From positions 1 to 37,412 of the forward strand of contig JAXLNO010000138.1 in the NCBI GenBank assembly GCA_038087875.1: a stretch of 37,412 nucleotides of DNA, in the 5' to 3' direction. This DNA is from Malacoraja senta. Its lineage: Eukaryota. Shown here in pieces: positions 28,751 to 37,412 of this stretch (its first letter is position 1; each line of letters starts with the position of its first letter). The notes under the pieces were generated by a model that was not told where the DNA came from, searched no databases, and saw nothing but the letters and a program-made list of their open reading frames with translations. A program made the position numbers and the translations under genes.

Positions 28751-30034
28751 CTCCAGAGGCAAGGTCTAAAGGGGGGGGGCATGGATGGAGAAGAAGGGGG
28801 TAGCTGTTTTAGACCGGGATGAGGGGGAAAATTCTTAATCGAGGGGGGCGGTGACACTTTGGAATTCTCTGTCCCTGGGGCCTGGGGGAGCTCAGTCAAC
28901 GGGTTCATTCGAAACCGAGGTCTCTGCCTGCGGTGGAAAAGCGAGGGCAGTGGGGACAGGGTAGGAGGAGGAGGAAGGGGATTGGCCAGGGTGGATGAAT
29001 GGTCGAGCAGGTTCCAGGGGCCTGGCCCGCACTGATCAGCACAAGGACACAAGTGAGCGCTGCCTCAAGTCTACAAAACATTGACAAATGGCCAGACTGT
29101 TGACGCACCTGAATGAACTAAAGGCTCTGTGTTTATCCAGCTTCTTGGTTCCCACATGAGTCAGATGGGGCTCTTAGCTAGGAGTAGTCAGTGAACTGGA
29201 GCCAACTCTCTCGTGCAGCCCGACACCAACAGCCAGGGCCTTGTGCGGGCTGCTAGCTGCTCCTATGCTGTGCGTTAATACAAGCTTGGGTGGGGCACCA
29301 GTCTGCCTAGCTCCGCCACCCACCCACGCCCAGCTTCCTCAGCTCACAACTGGGCTACAGACACACGCCATGTCGCCCCCTATTTATTAAATAATAATAC
29401 AAGGAGTTTTTATTCGAGAAAACACGAACACGGTAGTAACAAAATCAAGATTGCCATTGGCAGTTTACACACAAACTGTGTGGAGGAAGGTAACTGCAGA
29501 TGCTGGTTTAAACCGAATATAGACACAAAAAGCTGGAGTAACTCAGCGGGACAGGCAGCATCTCTGGAGAGAAGGAATGTTTCTATAGACGATAGACAAT
29601 AGACAATAGGTGCAGGAGTAGCCCATTCGGCCCTTCGAGCCAGCACCGCCATTCACTGTGATCATGGCTGATCGTCCCCAATCAGTACCCCGTTCCTGCC
29701 TTCTCCCCATATCCCCTGACTCCGCTATCTTTAAGAGCTCTATCTAACTCTCTCTTGCAAGCATCCAGAGAATTGGCCTCTGGGGCAGAGAATTCCACAG
29801 ATTCACAACCCTCTGTGTGAGAAGGTTTCGGGTCGAGACCCTTCTTCAGGCTGGTAAGACTTCTTCAGATTGACCAGTGTGAAGAAGGGTCTCGTCCCGA
29901 AACGTCACCCATTCCTTCTCTCCAGAGATGCTGCTGCCTGTCCCGCTGAGTTACTCCAGCATTTAGTGTCGATCTTACAATCAAACAGTTATCAGATTAA
30001 AATATTGTCAACTTTATCCACAACACACTCGACC

Positions 30035-30455
30035 CCTTCCGCGGCGACCAGCGTTCATGACATCTTCCATGGTCCCCGTGGGCACCGCGTGTGCGCTCCG
30101 TCTCCAGGGACACGCGGGCACGGACGGAGGCCCGGAAGAGGGGCAGGCAGGTGGGGGCAGAACCCTCGAATGCCAGCTGCCCGGACCCGTGAATGGCCAT
30201 CTTGGCCAGGCCCAGGAGCAAAGCAACATGGAGATTCCGCCCCTCCCCCCCCCCCCCTTCCCGACCCTTCCCCCTCCGTACCGGGTGACCAAAGGTCAGG
30301 AGCGCGGGGCTAACGTGCAGCCAAAACCTGAGGAGCAGCCCCGTCGGAGAGAGTCGTGCAACCTCCCACACTCCGTATACAGAAGTGACAGGTGAATCTG
30401 GGCCTGGCCAAGATGGCCGCTCACGGGTCCAGGCAGCGGGCGGTCGAGGGTTTTG
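30035..30455. repeat. Second diverged member of the GC-rich foldback family
   Basis: Inverted arms about 30161-30215 and 30398-30452; shares cgggc(g/a)cggacg...gaggggcaggcag...gggcaga(g/a)ccctc with 22843-22898. Confidence 0.65.
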
Positions 30456-30514
30456 TAAATCACTGACAGTTGTCTTGTCCTCATCGGTCAGGGGTTGAAG
30501 TAGAAAGCTCAATA

Positions 30515-31120
30515 GTCAAGTCTATTCGTCACATACACATACGAGCTGTGCAGTGAAATGAAAAGTGGCAATGCTCGCGAATTGTGCAAAAAACAAACAA
30601 ACTACAAAACAGAATGGAACAGAATCAGAATTACATATTTGTGGGGGGGGGGGGGGGGGGGGAAGAAGAAACAGCAATTTTAAAAAGACACCACATAACA
30701 GTAAACTGGTTCAGTAAGTTAGTCCCTGGTGAGATAGGAGTTTACAGTCCGAATGGCCTCTGGAAGAAACCATCCTCTCCGTTTTCACAGCATGGCAACG
30801 GAGGTGTTTGTCTGACCGTAGCAGCTGGAACAGTGTTGCTGGGGTGGAAGGGGTCCCCCATGATCTTGATAGCTCTGGATTTGCACCTTCTGATGTATAG
30901 TTCCTGCAGGGGGTCGAATGTAGTTCCCATAGTGCGTTCGGCCGAACGCACTACTCTCTGCAGAGCCTTCTTGTCCTGGGCAGAGCAGTTCCCAAACCAG
31001 ATCGTGATGTTTCCGGACAAGATGCTTTCCACAGCCGCTGAGTCGAAGCACTGGAGGTTCCTCAGGGACACTCTGAATTTCCTCAATTGCCTGAGGTGGT
31101 GAAGGCGCTGCCTTGCCTTA
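30515..31120 (-). mobile_element. Rex1/Babar-like LINE 3' fragment
   Basis: LRKFRVS..AVESILSGNITIWFGNCSAQDKKALQRVVRSAER. Confidence 0.8.
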
Positions 31121-31124
31121 CTCG

Positions 31125-32110
31125 TAGGTCATGTTGCAGCTGTACGAACCTATGGTTAGGCCACACTTGGAGTGGAGCGTGTGCATTTCTGGTTGCCCCA
31201 CTGCCAGAAGGACGTGGGAGCTTTGGGAAGGGCGCAGAAGAGGTTCACCAGGATGTTGCCTGGATCAGAAGGTGCGAGCTACAAAGGAGAGGGTGGACAA
31301 ACATGAGATGTTGTGTCTGAAGCGTCAGAGGCTGAGGGACAGCCTGCTAGAAGTTTATAAAATGATAAGAGTCACAGATAGTGCAAATGCCAAATGCGAG
31401 AGGGCCATGGCTTTAAGGTTCATGTTCATACGTTCTCGGGGCAGAATTAGGCCATTCGGCCCATCAAGTCTACTCCGCCATTCAATCATGGCTGATCTAT
31501 CTTTCCCTCTCAACCCATTCTCCTGCCTTCGCCCCATAACCCATGACACCCGCACTAATCAAGAATCTATCAATCTCTACCTTAAAAATATCCATTGACG
31601 GCCTCCACAGCCGTCCATGGCAATGAATTCCACAGATTCACCACCCTCTGACTAAAGAAATTCCTCCTCATCTCCTTTCTTAAGGAACGTCCTTTAATTC
31701 TGAGGCTGTGTCCTCTGGTCCTAAACTCTCCCCCTAGTGGAAACATCCTCTCCATACAATAGATAATAGACAATAGACAATACACAATAGGTGCAGGAGT
31801 AGGCCATTCGGCCCTTCGAGCCAGCACCCCCATTCGAGGTGATCATGGGCTGATCATCCACAATCAGTACCCCGTTCCTGCCTTCTCCCCATATCCTCTG
31901 ACTCCGCTATCTTTAAGAACCCTATCTAGCTCTGTCCTGAAAGTATCCAGTGAACCGGCCTCCACCGCCCTCTGAGGCAGAGAATTCCACAGACTCACGA
32001 CTCTGTGTGACAAAGAGAGTCATATTCACTCTATCAGGCATTTTACTATTTGGTAGGTTTAAATGAGGTCTCCCCTCATCCTTCTAAACCCTAGCGAGTA
32101 CAGGCCCAGT
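31125..32110. mobile_element. Cluster of CR1 fragments in both orientations
   Basis: LQLYEPMVRPHLE (+); [16 protein letters not shown] (-); 3'UTR motifs. Confidence 0.8.
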
Positions 32111-32211
32111 GCCGTCAAACACTTGTCATATGTTGAGGGGCGAGAGGGGGAAAGTTGAAAGAAGATTTGCAAGATATGTTTTTACACAGAGTGGTGGGAG
32201 CCTAGAACAAG

Positions 32212-33274
32212 GGGTGGCACGGTGGGGCAACGGTGGAGCGACTGCCTTACAGCACCAGAGACCCTGGTTCGATCCTGACTCCGGGTGCTTGTCTCTACCG
32301 AGTTTGTACGCTCTCCCCGTGACCTGCGTGGGTTTTCTCCGAGATCTTCGGTTTCCTCCCACGATTTGGTTGGCTTGGTCAATGTAAAATTGTCCCTAGT
32401 GTGTGTAGGGTGGTGTTAATGTGCGGGGAGCGCTGTTTCCGCGCTGTATCTCTGAACTAAACTATACAAGCTGCCTGGGGGATACGACAGCAATCTTTAA
32501 GATGCATCTAAACATTTGCATGAACAGGCAAGGAATGGAGGGATGTTGAACGTGTGCAGGCAGATGTATAGTTCATATAGTTCGGCCCCTGACATCCTGA
32601 ATTAATTCATTCATTAGTTAATTGATACAAGTCACAGTGCAATTCTTTATTTACAGTCGCCACATAAAGGGCGCTGACAATGTAATAAATTATCCCACGT
32701 CGGGTCCTTGTTTATTCCCCCCCCTCCTCATGGCAGTCCCCCCCCCCCCCCCATGGGGTCCTCAATTGTCCATCCCCCCCACGGCGGTCCCCGCCATCCT
32801 GGGCCGAAGGGTCTGTTCCTGTGCTGTACGGCACTAAGTTCCACCCTACCTTTTATTCCCTTCCTGTAGGTGATCGCGGTGTACGTGAATCCTGAGACTG
32901 TATCTTTATTTACCTGTTAAAAAAAACACAATGTTAGTGTTCCAAAAAAAAACCATGACCAGTCTGACTCTGCTAAAGAAAATCTCGCACCACAGTCGAA
33001 ATTCAAACAAGGGCTATTTGTGTCATTTGTTTTGGTCGTGTTGGGGGAGAGAGAAAAATATCTATTTGTTGGGGTGAAGAAATGGTGCTGGAGTATGAAA
33101 TGTTTCCAAATGAGACACCCGGGTTAATTGGGTGGTGCACTGGTAGAGTTGCTGCCTCACAGCGCCAGAGACCCGAGTTCGATCCTGACTGCACAGAGTT
33201 TGTACGTTTTCCCCGTGACTGCGTGGGTTTTCTCCGGGTGCTCCAGTTTCCTCCCATACTACAAAGACGTGCAG
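32212..33274 (+). mobile_element. Two V-SINEs (32212-32465, 33130-33274)
   Basis: B-box g(g/a)gttcgatcc and V-domain. Confidence 0.8.
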
Positions 33275-33803
33275 TTGTGGGCGCCGTGTTATGGGGAAGA
33301 TATTGTCAAGCTTGAAAGGGTTCAGAGAAGATTTACGAGGATGTTGCCAGGACTAGAGGGACTGAGCTACAGGGAGAGGTTGAGTAGGCTGGGTCTCTAT
33401 TCCTTGGAGCGCAGGAGGAGAGGGGTGATCGTATAGAGTTGTATAAAGTCATGAGAGGAATAGATCTGGTAGACGCACAGAGTCTCTTGCCCAGAGTAGG
33501 GGAATCGAGGACCAGAGGACGTAGGTTCAAGGTGAAGAGGAAAAGATTTAATAGGAATCTGAGGGGTAACATTTTCACACAAGGGGTGGTGGGTGTATGG
33601 AACAAGCTGCCAGAGGAGGTAGTTGAGGCTGGGACTATCGCAATGTTTTAAGAAATAGTTAGACAGGTACATGGACAGGACAGGTTTGGAGGGATATGGA
33701 CCCAAGCGCAGGCAGGTGGGATTAGTGTAGCTGGGACATGTTGGCCAGTGTGGGCAAGTTGGGCCAAAGGGCCTGTTTCCACACTGTATCACTCTATGAC
33801 TCT
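33275..33803 (+). mobile_element. CR1-like LINE 3' fragment
   Basis: WAPCYGEDIVKLERVQRRFTRMLPGLEGLSYRERL..VWNKLPEEVVEAG. Confidence 0.92.
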
Positions 33804-34147
33804 AATCATTAGCGACCCAACGGGATGGGATGGGATGGGAGGAGAGGAGAGGATGGCAAGGATACGGGGGGAAAGACGATGATGAGACACAACGCTCAGG
33901 CCAATGAGGAAACGCAAACGCCGGAATGAGAGACTGGCTTTGAAGTAATTTTCATCTTGAGTTCATCAATAGTTCATCCTTCAGCACGATCATATACCTC
34001 TTCAGCGCTTGGAGATCGCCGGTTCAACACAGAAGCAAGAGAATGTATCAGGGACAGCAGGGAACAAACGGGAAGGAAGGAAGGTTTGCATTTCCAAAGA
34101 CTCTTGCACAATCTTCGGACGTCAGCCAGTGAGGTAACTCTGAAACT

Positions 34148-34552
34148 CCAGAGATGCTGCCTGACCCGCTGAGTATCTCCAGCATTTTTGTGTCTGTCTC
34201 CGGAGATGCTGCCTGGTCCGCTGAGTTGCTCCAGAACGTTGTGTCTGTTCCAGAGATGCTGCCTGGTCCGCTGAGTTGCTCCAGACGTTGTGTCTGTCTC
34301 CGGAGATGCTGCCTGGTCCGCTGAGTTGCTCCAGAACGTTGTGTCTGTTCCAGAGATGCTGCCTGGCCCACTGAGTTGCTCCAGAATGTTATGTCTATTC
34401 CAGAGATGCTGCCTGACCCACTGAGTTGCTCCAGAACTTTGTTTCTGTCTCCAGAGATGCTGCCTGGTCCGCTGAGTTGCTCCAGAACGTTGTGTCTATT
34501 TCCGGAGATGCTGCCTGGCCCGCTGAGTATCTCCAGCATTTTGTGTCTGTCT
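34148..34552 (+). repeat. Minisatellite, 8 x about 50 bp, derived from the PLE 3' end
   Basis: Unit ccRgagatgctgcctggtccgctgagttgctccagaacgttgtgtctgt(c)t starting at 34148, 34200, 34250, 34300, 34350, 34400, 34451, 34502. Confidence 0.92.
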
Positions 34553-34689
34553 TCTGAAACCCATTTGCTATTGCAATGTGAGGAATGGTTTTGTGAAAAG
34601 CAAGATCCCACAAACAGCAAATTGATAATGATCTGAATATCTCTTTCATCTTTGGGCTGGTTAGAAAAATAAGTTGATAATTTCATGTC

Positions 34690-35712
34690 AGAGAAGCAGA
34701 ATTCGGCCATTTGGCCCCTCTAGTCTACTCCACCATTCAATCGTGGCTGATCGATCCCTCCTCTCCACCCCAATCTCCTGCCTTCTCCCCGTAACCCCTG
34801 ACACCCGTACTAATCAAGAATCTGTCAATCTCCGCCTTAAAAATACCCATTGACTTGGACTCCACAGCCATCTGTGGCAATGAATCCCACAGATTCACCA
34901 CCCTCTGAAAAAGTTCCTCCTCATCTCCTTTCTTAAGGAACGTCCTTTAATTCTGAGGCTGTGGCCTCCGGTCCTGGACTCTCCTACTAGTGGAAACATC
35001 CTCTCCATTTCCACTCCATCCAGGCCTTTCACTGTTTGGTAAGTTTCTATCAGGTCCGCCCCACCCCCCCCCCCCCCCTTCCTGCTAAACTCCAGCGAGT
35101 ACAGGCCCGATGCTGTCAAATGCTCATCATACGTTAATCCACTCATCCCCTGTGATCATTCTCGTAAACCTCCTCCAGTTTCAGTTTAGTTTTCTTTACT
35201 TTACTTTCATTTAATTAGTCTGGGCGATTGTCACGTGTACCGAGGTACGGTAAAAAAACATTTTTCCTCTGACCCTCTCCAACGCCAACACATCCTTCCT
35301 CAGATATGGTGCCCAAAGCTGCTCACTATGCTCCAAATACGGCCTGACCCAGCGCCTCATAAAGCCTCAGCATTGCATCCGTTTTCTATCCTATTACCAC
35401 GTTCAGTTTTGACATAGTCAAAAAGTCATATTAGCGTGGAAGCAGGCCCTTCGGCCCATCTTGCCCACTCCAGCCAACATGCCCCGTCTATACTAGTCTC
35501 CACTTGCCTGTATTCGGCCCATAATCCCTCTAAACCCGTCCCAACCATCAACCTGGCTAAATGTTTCTTAAACGTTGCGATAGTCCCGGCCCCATCTACC
35601 TCCTCCGGCAGCTCGTTCCGTAAACCCACCACCCTTTGCGTGGAAAAAGTTACCCATCAGATTCCTATGAAGTCTTTCCCCCGTCACCCACAAACCTACC
35701 TCCTCTGGTTTT
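34690..35712 (-). mobile_element. CR1-like fragments
   Basis: GLYSLEF..DLIETY..GESRTGGHSLRIKG; NELPEEV. Confidence 0.8.
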
Positions 35713-35739
35713 AGAAGTATATTCTATTCTGACCCCTAA

Positions 35740-35933
35740 AGGGCCTGTCCCACTTTTGCGTCATTTGCGCCTGAAGCAGTGGCGCGCGAAGATTTTGTAC
35801 ATCCCAGAATCCTGGGGCGCCGCGCATCACTGCCTACGTCACCACGCACCATGCGCGCGTAATGCGTCGTGACGCGTAAATGACGTCGCGTAAATTACGC
35901 GCAAATGGGACTGGCCCAAGTGGGACTGGCCCT
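35740..35933. mobile_element. Harbinger-type MITE, CpG-rich subfamily
   Basis: TAA-AGGGCCTGTCCCACTT ... AAGTGGGACTGGCCCT-GAA. Confidence 0.75.
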
Positions 35934-36939
35934 GAAGGGTCAGAGCAGCGGAGAAAATCCCTCTGGTCCGTCCTTCAAACTGCCGCCAGAGAGGTCACTT
36001 TGACCCTCAATTGAACATCTCATCTGAAAGGTGGCACTCTTGCAGAGTCTGCTCCCTCAATGCTGCCCCCACTAAAGCTGCAATCCCTTGTGTTTCCCTT
36101 TAAAAAGGAACTTCATTCAAATAATCGCAGTCATAAGTAGAAACATAGAAACTTAGACAATAGGTGCAGGAGTAGGCCATTCAGCCCTTCAAGCCAGCAC
36201 CGCCATTCAATGTGATCATCCAAAATCAGTACCCCGTTCCTGCTTTCTCCTCCATATCCTTGATTCCGTTAGCCCTAAGAGCTAAATCTAACTCTCTCAT
36301 GAAAACATCCAGTGAATTGGCCTCCACTGCCTACTGTGGCAGAGAATTCCACAGATTCTCAATGAAAGAAATACAAAATGAATAACGATGATAAAGGAAA
36401 CAGGCCATTGTAAGCTGTTTGTTGGGTGAAAATGAGAAGCTGGTGCGACTTGGGCGGGGGGGAGGGGTGGAGAGAGAGGGGGAATGCCATGGCTACCTGA
36501 AGTGAGAGAAATCAATATTCATACCACTGGGCTGTAAGCTGCCCAAGCGAAATATGAGATGCTGTTCCACCAGTGGTGCTGCCTGACCCCGCTGAGTTGC
36601 TCCAGCATTTTGTGTTTACCATTTAAGTCATTCTGTTTTTTTTGGGTCGTGTTACATGCAATAATTCACAGAGAATCACAAGAGCAGAGTTGTAGGATGA
36701 AAGAAGCCGTGCGGCAGTCTGACAATCATTCCATCAGGTTTTAACGGGCCAGCCAGGAAAGCGTGTCCTTCGAGAGAACACAGATGCTGGTCAAAATGTG
36801 TGGGAAGGAACTGCAGATGCTGGTTTAAACTGAAGATAGACACAGAAAGCTGGAGTAACTCAGCGGGACAGGCAGCAGCATCTCAGGGAGAGAAGGGATG
36901 GGTGACGTTTCAGGTCAAGACCCTTCAAAGATGTTTTTG

Positions 36940-37263
<324 letters not shown>

Positions 37264-37412
37264 GAGCAAAGGGAAGCGAGATATAAGAAAAGCATGTGTC
37301 AATTCTCAAGTGCCAGGAGAGAGAGAGAGAGGGAGCTGTTTATAATGGAATTTGATGGGAAGATTCTCAGGGCTAATAACTTCACAAGTTTCATTTTTGA
37401 TCTGACGGCGAG

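Noticed and set aside
33900..34140. Unique stretch with short open frames and a GAG|GTAACT donor
   Set aside because: No recognisable peptide, no convincing acceptor and no phase-compatible partner exon
34148..34552. Regular 50-bp array resembling a CRISPR, and the 220-aa ORF across it
   Set aside because: No unique spacers, eukaryotic context, unit derives from the PLE 3' end; the ORF is a by-product of the repeat

Overview
Vertebrate genomic DNA, most likely a cartilaginous fish (skate/ray-like). This is inferred from the repeat families: HE1-type V-SINEs, CR1-like LINEs sharing the SINE tail, Rex/Babar-like LINEs, Penelope-like elements and several non-autonomous DNA transposons. Most of the window is transposon-derived. 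One complete 7-exon gene can be assembled on the - strand with GT-AG introns and consistent phases: join(25066..24916, 20278..20187, 17890..17753, 16577..16458, 13895..13770, 12052..11855, 8686..8654). It encodes a 285-aa ERP27-type non-catalytic PDI-family protein (signal peptide, b-b' thioredoxin-like domains, no CxxC, C-terminal SDEL). A convergent, unidentified + strand gene probably ends at 905-1896. Most interesting signals: (1) well over a dozen full or partial copies of a minimal type-I hammerhead-ribozyme-like motif, carried by the 3' end of a Penelope-like element, some in ERP27 sense orientation; (2) two ERP27 splice sites that overlap or are supplied by CR1 sequence; (3) an ERP27 that keeps PDIA2/P4HB-like motifs but lacks the mammalian ERp57-binding DEWD motif; (4) DNA-transposon derivatives with clean TIR/TSD structure, one with an unusual 7-bp TSD, plus an unclassified GC-rich foldback family. 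Homology statements come from memory of the families, not from database searches. Repeat boundaries are approximate unless a TSD is given.
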